Both the position numbers and the translations under genes were made by a program. Below are positions 1 through 19,140 of a stretch of 64,000 nucleotides of DNA, piece by piece. How positions within the stretch are numbered: the stretch's first letter is position 1; each line of letters starts with the position of its first letter. Origin of the DNA: the human T2T-CHM13v2.0 reference genome, Homo sapiens; assembly GCF_009914755.1 (NCBI RefSeq), contig NC_060935.1; one strand, given 5' to 3'. The notes under the pieces were generated by a model that was not told where the DNA came from, ran no database searches, and worked only from the letters and a program-made list of their open reading frames with translations.

Positions 1-1
1 G

Positions 2-742
<741 letters not shown>

Positions 743-3090
743 CTAGATTGAAATATTCGGGGTCAGGGCGCCCAGAAAGTGTTCCGTATAGTCCCCAAAC
801 CCCAAAGCCATCTTGGGGCTTTCCACGTGGGAGGTGGGAGGTGGGAGTGGAAGGAATTGGGGGTGACTTCCAATTCGGGAAAACAGCTGTTTGAATGGAG
901 AAGGTGACCCTGGCTTCTCTGCCCACCCCAGCACACCCTCTGCACCCTTCTCCACACTGCCCACCCCAGGCCCTCTGGGATCCTCCATCCCACAGCCCTG
1001 AGGGCACTGGTCCACTTGTCCCACTGTGGGGCACACTGGGCCTAGAATCCCTGCAAGCTACTTATGTATATCTCAGGGCAGCCTAAGGGGAAGGGGGCTA
1101 GAGGTCAAAGGTGAGCCACCAGAGACAACAGACAGCAGCCCCGACTTTGCCGGAGTACAGGTGGCATTTACGATCACCTGAACTCATAAACATCAGGTCT
1201 GGCTAGCTTCAAACACAGGCAGGGCCTAGCACCTAGCCTTCCATGAAAGACAGTCCTTGCAAGGGAACAGGTACACAGGGTCTTCCCATATCACACTTGA
1301 CACGGATGGCTGGAGCCCAATACACCCACCATCACTCCAGGAACAAATATAGTAACAATTTCCGGACGCAACCAAACATCACACTTAGGGATAGTAATGT
1401 TCTTCACTGAGCTTCTCCGTATTTATTCAATTTTCTCCTGCGATTATATACATACACATATGTATATATGCAGGCACACGCACGCGCGCACACACACACA
1501 CACCATTCCTTTGGAGATCAGAAAAAAAATAGATGTCACCAAAAAATCCCCACCTAGCTCATGCACAAAAACTCTTATGTCTTCTTGGGGCCTATCCACA
1601 GCCCAGAGCTCCCAGCCTCTGCACCCTCAGTACCCACTGTCTGCCACCCCAGCCCCCGAACATGCCCACGGGGGCCTGCCTCTTTGGGCTGTGGCTAGTG
1701 CAGCTGCTTGATGGAGCTATCTGAGAAAATAACTTTTCTGTAGTTGTTTTTCTTTTGACCCTTTCAGTGAAGGCAGGCAGGTTGCGTCCCTCTTTCTGTC
1801 TGCGCCTCCCTCCCACTCCCTTTTGTTTGGTGCTGAGAGAGACACTCAGCTATTTCTGGTCATAAGGGTGGTTTTTACACATTTGTAAATCTTCAGTTAG
1901 TGAAACGTTCTCTCCACCTTTGTCTTTGTGTCCTTAATGGTAGCCATAAATTACTGCCTTCTTTTCTCTCCACTGCATCAGGCTTCATTGCTTTTGAAAT
2001 GATCAAAGTTATTTCTTTTAAAATCCAACTAGAAACTGCCCATTGTGTGGCACAGACCTCTTTAGCTCCAGTTAAAGCATATAAATACATAAAGCTGCCC
2101 ATTAAACTCTAGGGGGAGCCTCCTGCAGCGCCCTTGTGCCTGGCAAAGAAATCACACATGTGCTATTCTTCCCCTTTACCTTTCCCTAACTTGATCTTTC
2201 AGTAAGGACATAAATTAATAATGATAAGAATCAGCGCCTTTTTGCCTAAGACTGTCAGCTTTTGTCATGTTTCCCAGAAAAGTCCACCACTGGCACAGAT
2301 CTCAAAAAATGTTCTGTATCCTATTTTGTTTGCGCTGACATCCTTACAAACGTGCTTTCAGCTGTTGGCTCCCAGACTCCTGGGCAACCTTTTTGACACT
2401 TGAGATTAAAGTCAATATGGCTTACAACCGGGAATTTCCACAGGGGGAAGCTCCAGGGGAAAACTGTGTCCAAATGTCAGTGTTTTTGGTGTCAGGAGGA
2501 ACTTGGTTGGCTCTACTCTGGCTGCAGGCTGCCCTCTATTCTGCAGCTGAGGTCCCCACAAACTTCTCAGAAAGGCCTCAGACACCGTCCCTGGACTGAG
2601 GCTAAAGCTCCCTCTTCCTCTCCCTGTCTCCTCTCCACAGGCTGAGAGGCCATGAACCAGGCCTCAGGGGTGCGAAGAGGCAGTCCAGCCAGCCCAGTCA
2701 CACTGGTGTGGGCCTTTGAGGAGGCTGAAGAAAGCCTGGTAGTGGCCGGCCATGCGTGCCCCTGAACTACACATAAGCAGGTGCCACTCTGCACTCATGG
2801 GACACCATTCAGTGCCCACCTTTCTTGACTCCCCCCCCGCCCCCAGCAGCCTCTGACATGTGGACTACTTCTCCCTGGTGGAAACTCTCCTTACCCTTGG
2901 TTGTCATCGTGGCAAACTCCTGGTTTTCCTCCTACCTCTCAGGAAATGCCTTCTCCACCATCTTCTAGGAGTCCTCTTTCTATACCCTCTCTCTGGATGG
3001 TTCACTCATTCCCTTGATTCCATAATGTCAATCTCCAGCCTGGATTCATCCCCTTGGTTCAATCCCATGTATCCAGTTGCCTACTAGATA

Positions 3091-3134
3091 CCACCTTGAT
3101 CTTCCCTAGATCCCACCTTGATCTTCCCTAGATC
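3091..3134. repeat. Perfect 22-bp tandem duplication (CCACCTTGATCTTCCCTAGATC)x2
   Basis: Copies at 3091-3112 and 3113-3134. Confidence 0.9.
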
Positions 3135-3167
3135 CCTCTGATTCAACATGTTCAAAACGAAGCTCAT

Positions 3168-4985
3168 GACCTAGAAGAAGCTTCTCTGCTTTCTCGAATC
3201 TCTGCCTGGTTCAGCCCACCCACCCCTCCACTACTGCCTCCACCATGTCCATCAGGGTGACCCAGAAGTCCTACAGGGTGTCCACCTCTGGCCCCTAGGC
3301 CTTAAGCAGCCGCTCCTACACAAGCGGGCCTGGTGCCCATATCAGCTCCTGGAGCTTCTCTCAAGTGGGCGGCAGCAGCAGCTTCCGGGGTGGCCTGGGC
3401 ACCCGCATGGCTCTGGGTGGAGGCTATGGTGGGGCCAGTGGTATGGGGGGCATCACAGCCATCATGGTCAGCCAGAACCTGCTGAGCCCCCTTAAGCTGG
3501 AGGTGAACCCCAACATCCAGGCTGTGTGCGCCCAGGAGAAGGAGCAGATCAAGACCCTCTACAACAAGTTTGCCTCCTTCATCGAGAAGGTGCGGTCCCT
3601 GGAGCAGCAGAACAAGATGCTGGAGACCAAGTGGAGCCTCCTGCAGCAGCAGAAGACAGCTCAGAGCGACATGGACAGCATATTCGAGAGCCACATCAAC
3701 AAACTTCGGCGGTAGCTGGACACTCTGGGCCAGGAGAAGCTGAAGCTTGGCAACATGCAGAGGCTGGTGGAGGACTCCAAGAACAAGTATGAGGATGAGA
3801 TCAATAAGCGTACAGAGATGGAGAATGAATTTGTCCTCATCAAGAAGGTAACGTGGCTGAAGCTAACATGAACAAGGTAGAGCTGGAGTCTCTTCTGGAA
3901 GGGCTGACTGACGAGATCAACTTCCTCAGGCAGCTATATGAAGAGGAAATCTGGGAGCTGCAGTCCCAGATCTCGGACACATCTGTGGTGCTGTCCATGG
4001 ACAGCAGCCGCTCCCTGGACATGGACAGCATCATCCCTGAGGTCAAGGCGCAGTACAAGGAGATCGCCAATGGCAGCTGGGCTGAGGCTGAGGGCATGCA
4101 TCAGATCAAGTATGAGGAGCTGCAGACACTGCCTGGGAAGCATAGGAATGACCTGCGTTATGCAAAGATGGAGATCTCTGAGATTAATAGGAACATCAGC
4201 CGGCTCCAGGCTCAGACTGAGGGCCTCAAAGGCCAGAGGGTTTCCCTGGAGGCTGCCATCGCAGATGCTGAGCAGTATGGGGAGCTGGCTGTTAAGGATG
4301 CCAACACGAAGCTGTCGAGCTGGAGGCCGCCCTGCAGCGGGCCGAGCAAGACATGGTGCAGCAGCTGTGCCATGGAGCACCAGGAGCTGATGAACGTCAA
4401 GCTGGCCCTGGACATCAAGATCGCCACCTACAGGAAGCTGCTGGAGGGCGAGGAGAGCTAGCTGGGGTCTGGGATACAGAACATGAGTGTCCATCTGAAG
4501 ACCACCAGTGGCTACTCAGGTGGGCTGAGCTCGACCCACGGGCACCTCACAAGCCCTCTACAACAGGCCTTAGCTACAGCCTGGGCTCCAGCTTTGGCAC
4601 TGGTGGAGGCTCCAGCTCCTTCAGCCGCGCCAGCTTCTCCAGGTCCATGGTTGTGAAGAAGGTGGAAACGCGAGATGGCAAGCTAGTGTCCAAGTCCTCT
4701 GATGTCCTGCCCAAGTGAATGGCCATGGCAGCCCCTACCAGCCTGCCCCTCCTGCGGCTGCCCCAGGGCCCGTGGAGGAAGCCGCTGTGCAGTGGAGCAC
4801 AGGAACAGGAGACTCACCTGAGGCTCAGCCCTAGCCCTCAGCCCACCTGCTGGGGGAGTTTACTGCCTGGGGCACCCCCATTGGCCATGCTTCCAGCTAC
4901 AAAACAATTCAATTGTTGCTTTTTTTTTTTTTTTTTTCAAAATAAAATCTCAGCTAGCTCTGCCAACTGTCCAAAACAAACAAAC
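3168..4985 (+). pseudogene. KRT8P41: Keratin 8 processed pseudogene (KRT8P41 locus by position)
   Basis: Intronless. ATG 3245 MSIRVTQKSYRVSTSGP then TAG 3296-3298; another TAG at 3713-3715; frameshifts near 3848 and 4315. Rod-end motif [13 protein letters not shown]; tail ...RDGKLVSKSSDVLPK* ends 4718; AATAAA 4941-4946; decayed A-tail; TSD AAACGAAGCTCAT 3155-3167 / AAATGGAGCTCAT 4986-4998. Confidence 0.93.
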
Positions 4986-5236
4986 AAATGGAGCTCATCT
5001 TCCTCAAACCTGCTCCTTCTCAAGTGCTCTCTCCTTTAGACAAGGGCACCACCATTCTGTTAACACCAAGTCAGAGGTTTGGCGGTCATCTGGGACTCCA
5101 TTATCTCCCTCCCCACCACATCCGAACAATCAAGAAAATTCTACCTTCTTATTGTCTCTTAAAACCATTCTCTTCCTCTGTGCCCATTGCCTGAGCTCAG
5201 GGGTTCGCCATCCCTCATCACCCCTGGGGGCTGTGT

Positions 5237-5596
5237 ATCTATCCCTTTCCTCCTTCCTAACAGATACTCACTCCTCCTGCAGACAGCCCGTGTCCCTAGG
5301 AAGGAAGCTGCCCCATCTCTAACTTCAGGCTCTGGAGTTGACTTAAGACAATTGATATCATTCATTCCATTCCCCCTGCAACAGTCATTGGTTCAGGGAT
5401 GAGCACGTGACGGATTTCCAATCGGAGCAAATCTCAGGCCCTTTGCTTGAAAGGCTGGAATGGAAAGGCTCTCTTTTTCTCTTTGGGATGTGGCTGTGGT
5501 AAATGAGAAACTGTGGCAGCCATCTTAATACCTCCTTCCCTTGCCCAAAAGAGGGTAAGTCCAGAGAAACCCTGAGAAGCCAACCAGGAGACACTC
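5237..5596 (+). repeat. Duplicated internal segment of the MLT1-type LTR at 8549-8990
   Basis: Colinear and roughly 85% identical by eye to 8586-8929. Confidence 0.85.
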
Positions 5597-6083
5597 TGGT
5601 TGCACCTAGTCTGCGATTTCTTACAGGTCTCTCTGTCTAGAATCTCATCCCAATTCAGTACATTCAACACAGTGGCTGCCAGAGTTAAAAGTAAGTTTCA
5701 TCATATCACTCCCAGTCTTCCTCAGGCTAACATCCAAGCTCCCTTGGTACAATCACTCTGGAGAACTGCCGGGCAGTATACACTAATATGGATCATGCAT
5801 GCCCACTTCTCAGAATATACCCAAGAGAAATGAGTGTACATGTTCACCAAATTCATATACGAGAACATTCATAACGGCTGTATTTACACTAGCCCCAAAC
5901 TGGAAATCACCCACATGTCCATCAACTAGATAATGAACATATTGTGGGATATTTGTTCAATGGAATACTACACCAAGCAACAAAACGAACAAACTCTGAT
6001 ACAGGCAGCCACACAGAGGCACCTTATGAACATTAGGCCTAGTTAAAGAAGCCAGGTTAAAAAGGGTGCAAGTAGTATCATTC

Positions 6084-6845
<762 letters not shown>

Positions 6846-6869
6846 ATTCTATTCACTTCTATGATGTTC

Positions 6870-7503
<634 letters not shown>

Positions 7504-8074
7504 TTAATAGTGACAGAAGCCAGAATTACTACTACTGTTCCCTCCAGGGATGTATATTGACATTTTGTTTATCTGGGAAGGAATGTGAAGGAACATTCTG
7601 GAGTGCTGGAAATGTTCTAGATCTTGATCTGCATGGTGATTTTATGGGTTTATACATATGTACAAATCTGCGGGAATGTTGGCTTAAGCTTAATGCACTT
7701 CATGCTCTTGACTGTATGTATGTTTTACATCAGTAAGTTGAAGCAAGTACTGCCTAGCTCAAGACCTTTATGATCTGATCCCATTCTATCTTTCCAGCCT
7801 TCTCTCCTACCACTCCTTTACCCGCAGACTACGCTCCACTGACATCAAACTTCACATACTAGTAGTTTGTCATTTTTCTCCTTATACATATCTTCTTTTG
7901 CTGACACTGTTCCCTCTGCCTGAAAGACATGAGGAAGTGGGTCTCAACAAATATTTGAAAAAACAAAATGCAACAACATCTAGATTAATAAATATCACTA
8001 TACTCCAAGGAAAAACACATTTGCTGAGATGTTCTCCCAAAAAGCAATGAGGCATGCATGAAAAAATTTGAGTT

Positions 8075-8441
<367 letters not shown>

Positions 8442-8548
8442 CTAATAAATAAAGGAAAACTATCTGCTCTTGCACACACATTAATTTCTCCCCATGAATG
8501 GCTTCCTTATCTTCTGGAAAAACCTTTTCAATATGTCTGAGCTGGCTA

Positions 8549-8990
8549 TGAGGTAGTAAATCTTTCTGGTTGCTTACCCGTCCCCATCTGTTCTTTCCCT
8601 CCTTCCTAACAGACACTCACCCCTCTCGCAGGCAGCCTGTGTCCCTAGGAGGGAAGCTGTCCCATCTCTAACTGCAGGCTCTGGAGTTGGCTTAAGACAA
8701 TAATGCCTATTATTCCAACAGTCATTGGTTCAAGGATAAGTACGTGACGGCTTTCCAATCAGAGTGAATCTCAGGCCCTTTGCTTCAAAGGCTGGAATAG
8801 AGAGACTTTTCCTTTTTGGCATGTGGTTGTGGTGAATGAGAAACTGTGGCAGCCGTCTTGACACCTCCTTCCCCTCCCCAAAAGAGGTTAAGTCCAGAGA
8901 AACCCTGAGAAGCCAACCAGGAAACACTCCCTACCTCAGGACCTCCAGTTATATGTGCCAATACGCTTCCTTATTGTTTGTATTGGTGGG
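8549..8990 (+). mobile_element. MLT1(J-like) MaLR LTR
   Basis: MLT1 motifs GTCATTGGTTCAAGGAT, GGCAGCCGTCTTG, CTACCTCAGGACCTCCAGTTATATGTGCCAATA. Confidence 0.6.
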
Positions 8991-8999
8991 TTTATTTTG

Positions 9000-10040
9000 A
9001 TTTTTAAAATTGTGGTAAAACATACATAAAATTTACTGTTTTAACCATTTTTAACTGCACAGCTTATTAGCATTAAATACATTCACATTGCTTTGTAACC
9101 ATCACGGCCATCCATTTCCAGAACTTTTTTTTTTTTTTTTTTTTGAGACTGAGTCTCGCTCTGTCACCCAGGCTGGAGTGCAGTGGCGAGATCTCGGCTC
9201 ACTGGAAGCTCCGCCTCCTAGGTTCAAGCCATGTTCCTACCTCAGCCTCCGAGTAGCTGGGATTACAGGCGCCTGCCACCATGCCCAGCTAATTTTTTTT
9301 TTTCTTTTTTTGGTATTTTCAGTAGAGACAGGGTTTTGCTATTTTGGCCAGGCTGGTTTCGAACTCAGATGATCCTCTCACCTTGGCCTCCCAAAGTGCT
9401 GGGATTACAGACGTGAGCCACCGCGCCCAGCCATCCCCAGAACTTCCTTCATCCTGCAAAACTGAATCTCTACCTATTAAACAATAACTCCCCATCCCAC
9501 TCCACCTGACAACCACCATTCTACTTTCTGTTCCTATGAATTTGACTACTTTAAGTATTTCATATGAGTGGAATAACAAAGTATTCATGATTGGCTTACT
9601 TAACTTGGCATAATGGCTTCAAGGTTCTCCTGTGTTGAGCATGTGTCAGAATATCATTCCTTTCTAAGGCTAAATAAGATTTGATTGCATGTATGTATCA
9701 CATTTTGTTCATCCATTCATCTGTCCACAGACACTTGGGTTGCTTCTCCCTTTGGGCTATTGTAAATAATGCTGCTATGAATATGGGTGTGCAAATATCT
9801 GTCCATGTCTCTGCTTTCAATTTTTTTTTCAGTATATACTGAATTGCTGGATCAGATGGTAATTCTTTTTAATTTTGGGGAGAACTACCATAACGTTTAC
9901 CTTACCAACTACACCATTTCATATTCCCACCAGCAGGGCATAAGGATTCCAATTTCTCCGCATCCTTACCAACACTTGTAATTTCCCAATTTTCCAATAA
10001 TAGCCATCCTAACAGACATGAAGTGGTATTTCATTGTGAG
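9000..10040 (-). mobile_element. L1MB-type 3' end, containing a minus-strand AluS at 9125-9431
   Basis: Reverse-complement L1 3'UTR (CAACCACCATTCTACTTTCTGT, GCTATTGTAAATAATGCTGCTATGAA); Alu TSD CCAGAACTT. Confidence 0.8.
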
Positions 10041-10329
10041 TTTTTTGAATTGAGTTTCCTATTGTTTTAGCCAAAAAAGTATTCCTATTTAGTTCTATAT
10101 ACGCCTCCATTAGGCAATCCTCTCCATAAGGTGGGAGAAAGGTAATTGTGTAGGGTTGAATCCTCTCAGGGGCTGAAATAATAAATTATTATTTTAGTCA
10201 CAAAAGTTGATGCAATCTTGGCATGCATGCCAGGACCCTCTATTTCTTCAATGTTTCTAAAACTGCACCCACATTCTTTTTTGCTTACAGAAGTTTAAAA
10301 ATCCTTCCAATAAATATTTACTTAAAATG

Positions 10330-10545
10330 ATAATAGTTAACATTTGAATGAATACTAAATATCAGATACTATTCTAAATACTTCACATGTATTTATCTAG
10401 TCTTCCTAAAAACTCTGCGAAATAGAACCATCACACTCTGTATTTTACAGATATGGACAGTGAAGGGAAGAGAGGTTAGGTAATTTGTTAGTAAGTGGCA
10501 GACCAGGACTCAATGCCAAGAAGCCTGGCTTCTGATCCCCCTGCC
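10330..10545. mobile_element. MIR SINE
   Basis: Core ATTTTACAGATATGGACAGTGAAG..AGAGGTTAGGTAATTTG..GTAAGTGGCAGA. Confidence 0.6.
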
Positions 10546-10980
10546 TAACCAATGCGCTCTACAGCCCATCGTGTGCCAGGCATTGTGCTAAGCCCTATGG
10601 GAGACACAAAGATTAGAGGCAAACTCTGCCCTCTCAGAGCTTACAGTCCAGCAAAAAAGGTGAGACATAATGGGTGTTCATCTTCCACACCTCTTCCAAA
10701 ATATGAATATGACAGTGTCGGTTTAAAACTCCTTAAAGCCCCTTCACCTACATTACCTGTACCGTAGACCAACCTAAGGGGCAGGAGCAGCTGCATAATT
10801 TGCAGGGCCCCGTGCAAAATTAAAATGCAAGGTGCCTTAACCAAAATGCAGGGGGAAGATGCTATTAAGAGCACTAAAAATAGTTTTTTCTTTTAAAAAC
10901 ATTACTTGTAAAACATAATAGGGGTAACACGAGTAAAAACATAAATTTACAAACTGCAAAAAGGTAGTATTTTGGTGTCA

Positions 10981-11319
<339 letters not shown>

Positions 11320-12006
11320 TCATGTGGTATCTTGATTCATCATAAGATTTTTCTGGCTCATTTTTCCACAAAATCATTTCCACAAATCATTTTCTGCAAA
11401 AATCAAAGAGGTCGTCAAAATGTATACTTTTAGGATCTTCATTTTTAGTCAGTATAATTGAAGGTATATCAATTGTTCTTGGCAAATTAAAGGTGACAAT
11501 TTTTTATAATTTTCAATTTTCAGAAGGATCTTGCTAGGGATGTAATTTCTAGTGGATCTCTTATTGGATCTACCTGTTACTGGATCTGTTTTAGTACATC
11601 TAGAACTGATAATTCTTGTGGAATTATTTTTCTAAAAAGATTTAACTTTTCATACAAGTCATTTTTGTGTAAATCTGAATTTAATTTTAATGTACACTTA
11701 CACAATGTCATTTTAATGTTTTCTTTGACACTTCTTGTAACATGTGGAGGTTAAATAAGAAGCTGAAAGTGGTTTCATGATTTGTATGTAATTCAGAAGT
11801 CCTGTTTATGTATAATATTTCTGTATCTTCAATTACAAGGAAAAATTTATTTTAAAATTGTCTTCCTTGTTAATAATTGCTTAATCTGAAACTTCCTACG
11901 AAAATAGGGCTCTTTTCAATCTAATGCAATGATTTTTATATTCGGTTTCTGTCCCTAAGCCTGCAGATATTTGCTTTGTTATGTTGCAGCAGTTTTAAAA
12001 ATCAGA

Positions 12007-12275
12007 GGCTGGGCATGGTAGCTCGCGCCTGTAATCCCAACACTTTGGGAAGCCAAGGCAAGAGAATCACTTGAGCCCAAGAGTTTGAGACTAACTTGGG
12101 TAACATAGCAAGACCTCTGTCTCTACAGAATAAAAACATTAGCTGGGTACGGTAGTGCATGCCTGCAGTCTCAGCTACTTGGGAGACCAAGGCGGGAGGA
12201 TAGCTTGAGCCACTGCACTCCAGCCTTGGTGACAGAGGGAGACCTTGTCTCTAAAAAAAATAAAATAAATAAAAA
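12007..12275 (+). mobile_element. AluJ with right-arm internal deletion
   Basis: TTGAGC joins directly to CACTGCACTCCAGC. Confidence 0.85.
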
Positions 12276-12908
12276 CCAGAGATTCTAAACTCTTCAAAAA
12301 ATTCTGAAACATGCTGCTATGCTTTATTGCAATATCCTTGTGTTTGCTTTTATTTTGTAATAATTTACTGACTAAGTTTACTGCGTGAGTACTAGCAATT
12401 CCTGTTCCAGTGCTCAGGCCAGAGAGTTAATATTTGTGTAGCTATCAAAGGAACACAGTCTGGGAGTGAACAGGCAAGCAGCTTCCCATGCACTGTCCCC
12501 ATGCAGAGACCCGCTTTCTTCTGTGGTCACTGTGGCTGTTGCCACAGTCTTAGCTGATGTGATGGGCCCTAGGCCCAGCTCAGCTGGCTCGGAGCCCTAC
12601 AGTGCCGTGGACTTCTCCTGAAACATACACACATGCAGCCAGCAGCCAGGCCTGTCCCTATGTGTGCTAGTGCTGTCACCTGGTGTGTCTCCACTACTCA
12701 TGTGCATGTACCATTGTCCCACCAGACTTTAGTTACAAAACACAAGTTGAAAGATGAAATTTAGAAATTTCAAGATGGTAACAGCAAGGCCTAACACCAA
12801 ACATGGGGCCCTTCTGAGAACAGGGCCCTATCTGTCTGGCTGTACAGGTTGCACACTCTGAAAGCCAGCCACACTCATGGATATGGCATTCGAGAACCCT
12901 CCCCCCTC

Positions 12909-13195
<287 letters not shown>

Positions 13196-13739
13196 ATCAA
13201 GAGCCCTTATAATCTGCCTCTTGTCTTTCATCCAAGCCTTGTGAGGCCCCATCTCTCAAACAAGTGCACCCAATTTCCAGCCCTCCCAAACTGCTCCACA
13301 ACTCCAAGCCTTTGTCCAGCCCCTCTACCTCGAACATTCTTCCTGGCCACAGCTCATCCTTTGAGACTTGCTGTAGTATCACCTTCCCAGAGTCTTTCCT
13401 AACAAACCCCCTCCTGGCCTGGGGTGGACACTTCTCTTGTGTGTCCCCACAGTCTGCTGCACAAATTCTAATCATAGCATCCAACATACAGTCATAGCCG
13501 TCAAAGTCCATGACTGCCTTCACAGGTTATGGACTTCGAGCCTCATAAGGGCATGTGGTCTCTATGATTCACCTCTGCATTTTCCAGGCTCAGCTAGGTC
13601 TGGAACACAGCAGACACTCAGAAAAGGTTTGTTGAAAGAGTAGATACAGGTTCTCAAGAATAAAGTATTAGGATCTGAGCTCGTTTTATTATTCTCGTAA
13701 CCAGGAAGTCATAGACACTACCTAAAGAAACGGCCAGTA

Positions 13740-14052
13740 GGCCGGGCACGGTGGCTCACGCCTATAATCCCAGCACTTTGGGAGGCAGAGGCAGGCAGAT
13801 CATGAGGTCAGAAGATCAAGATCATCCTGGCTAACATGGTGAAACCCCGTCTCTACTAAAAATACAAAAAAAATTAGCCAGACGTGGTGGCACACACCTG
13901 TAGTCCCAGCTACTCAGGAGGCTGAGGCAGGAGAATCACCTGAACCCAGGAGGCAGAGGTTGTAGTGAGCCAAGATTGTGCCACTGCACTCCAGCCTGGG
14001 CGACAGAGCAAGACTCCATCTCAAAAAAAAAAAAAAAAAAAAAAAAGAAAAA
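13740..14052 (+). mobile_element. AluS(c-like)
   Basis: Canonical dimer with long A-tail. Confidence 0.9.
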
Positions 14053-14199
14053 GAAATGGAGAGCAAAGGACATCATAGAAGGTTATAATTATAAAGGCAA
14101 CTACAAGAAGAAAAATCCAAGATTCCTAAATAGCAGAAGAGCCATGTACACAAAACTGACCTCAAGACAAAGAAATGATGGAGGCCAATTTATATGGAA

Positions 14200-17040
<2,841 letters not shown>

Positions 17041-17391
17041 AGAGGAGGAGAAGCAGGAGGAGGAGGAGGAGAACTGGAGTAGAGGTGATTTTTATTGTCA
17101 TAACTACCAAAGTACTTAAAACTGAATGAAGTCCAGATCACAGTCACTTTTGAGAATCTCATTGCTTATCAGGTGGGATTTTTCAATGTGAGATTTGCTC
17201 ATAGTTCATTTTCAGCCACAGAGTACAGCACTGACTTTCAACTGCTGCCTTAGAATTGTTGACATGATTATGGTGAATTATACCCCTGACCAATCTGGGC
17301 TAAAAAGGCAACAGATAACATCTTTTAAATTTTTGTGGCAACATTGGTAACTATTGCCTACAGGCTGTGAGAAAAGAATAGGCAATCAAAA

Positions 17392-17393
<2 letters not shown>

Positions 17394-17432
<39 letters not shown>
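17394..17432. repeat. (CA)~19 microsatellite
   Basis: Uninterrupted CA run. Confidence 0.95.
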
Positions 17433-17434
<2 letters not shown>

Positions 17435-17488
17435 TGGCCAGTGTGATTCTATATATGGTTAAAATCATCATATAAGATTGCTGATATT

Positions 17489-17815
<327 letters not shown>

Positions 17816-18038
17816 TTAGCTCGCAGAGCCTATTAATGAGATAATGAGTTAAGATGTGACCTGTGAGTCCTTATAATTATCTACAATTCAGTTATTGCAG
17901 GTAATTGTCTACCCTTTCACTTATTAATAGGTCAACAAAAAGTCAGCTTGTTAATTAGCTATTTCTGAAATATTGTTCATACCAGTAATCAAGGGAAAAG
18001 AAAAGGAAGAGAAAAAGAAAAAGAAAGAAAATAGAGTT

Positions 18039-18397
18039 TGATATGGTTTGGCTGTGTTCCCCCTCAATCTCATCTTGAATTGTAATCCCCATAATCCCTT
18101 CATGGGAGGCACCCAGTGGGAGGTAATTGAATCATGGGGGCAGTTTCCCCCATGTTGTTCTCGTGATAGTGAGTGAGTTCTCACAAAATCTGATGGTTTT
18201 ATAAGCGTCTGGCATTTTCCCTGCTGGTACTCATTCTCTCTCCTGCCGCCCTGTGAAGAGCTACCTTTCACCATGATTGTAAGTTTCCTGAGGTCTCCCT
18301 AGCCATGTGGAACTGTGAGTCAATTTAACCTCTTTTCTTTATAAGTTACCCAGTCTCGGGTATTTTTTTCATAGTAGCATGAGAATGGAGTAATACA
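18039..18397 (+). mobile_element. THE1-family solo LTR (MaLR)
   Basis: TGATATGGTTTGGCTGTG... to ...GAGAATGGAGTAATACA; perfect 5-bp TSD GAGTT (18034-18038 / 18398-18402). Confidence 0.9.
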
Positions 18398-18575
18398 GAG
18401 TTCATATATCTTGTATCAAAAACTAGGCATCATATGTGACAAAAGCAGCAGGGACTTTATATAAATATATTTGTAGAAAAAATAGCCCCTGTTTTTATCT
18501 TGCTACCATGACTCCAAAGGGGTGAAGCCAAAGTTTCTACAATGAACATGCATTACCTTTATAATTAATAAAAGA

Positions 18576-18902
18576 GGCCAGGCGTGGTGGCTCATGCCAG
18601 GCGTGGCATCCCAAAGATTTGGGAAGCCAAGGCGGGAGGATTGCTTTAGCCCAGGAGTTTGAGACTAGCCTGGGCAACATAATGAGACCCTGTCTCAACT
18701 AAGTAACTAACTAACTAAATAAATAAATAAATGAAGCTAGGCACAGTGGTGTGCGCCTATCTATAGTCCTAGCTACTCATGAGGCTAAGGCAGGAGGATT
18801 GCTTGAGCCCAGGAGTTCAAGAAACAGTAAGCTATGATCATACCACTGCACTCCAGACTGGGTGACAGAGCAAGACAGGAAAAAAAAGAAAGAAAAGAAA
18901 AG
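18576..18902 (+). mobile_element. AluJ with 5' micro-duplication and (TAAC/TAAA)n linker
   Basis: GCCAGGCGTGG repeated at the 5' end. Confidence 0.85.
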
Positions 18903-18929
18903 GAATTTTAAAATGTAAACAAGTACAGG

Positions 18930-19140
18930 CTGAGCATGCAGACAGGCCTGATGTTAACTCTGATTCTGTCATTTATTATCTACAGAATCTTGGGCAGGTT
19001 GCTTTAACCTCTCTGAGTCTCAGTTTTCCCACATGTAAACTGAAGATAATCATACCTGCTTTCCAGGGCTGAAGTGAGCTGTGGATGGACGATGTGTGTG
19101 AAGCACTGAGTGCAGGCTGTGGCACAGAGTAGGCACACAG
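18930..19140. mobile_element. MIR SINE
   Basis: TTGGGCAGGTTGCTTTAACCTCTCTGAGTCTCAGTTTTCC core. Confidence 0.7.

Larger units (their letters stand above)
2790..5730. mobile_element. Ancient L2 LINE fragments, split by the KRT8 retrocopy and by a duplicated MLT1 segment
   Basis: L2-like pyrimidine-rich motifs (TTCAACATGTTCAAAAC..GCTCATCTTCCTC; TCATCATATCACTCCC) on both sides of the insertions. Confidence 0.55.

Noticed and set aside
3302-4718. Multiple keratin-like and antisense ORFs
   Set aside because: Fragments of the disabled KRT8 retrocopy; not a functional keratin gene.
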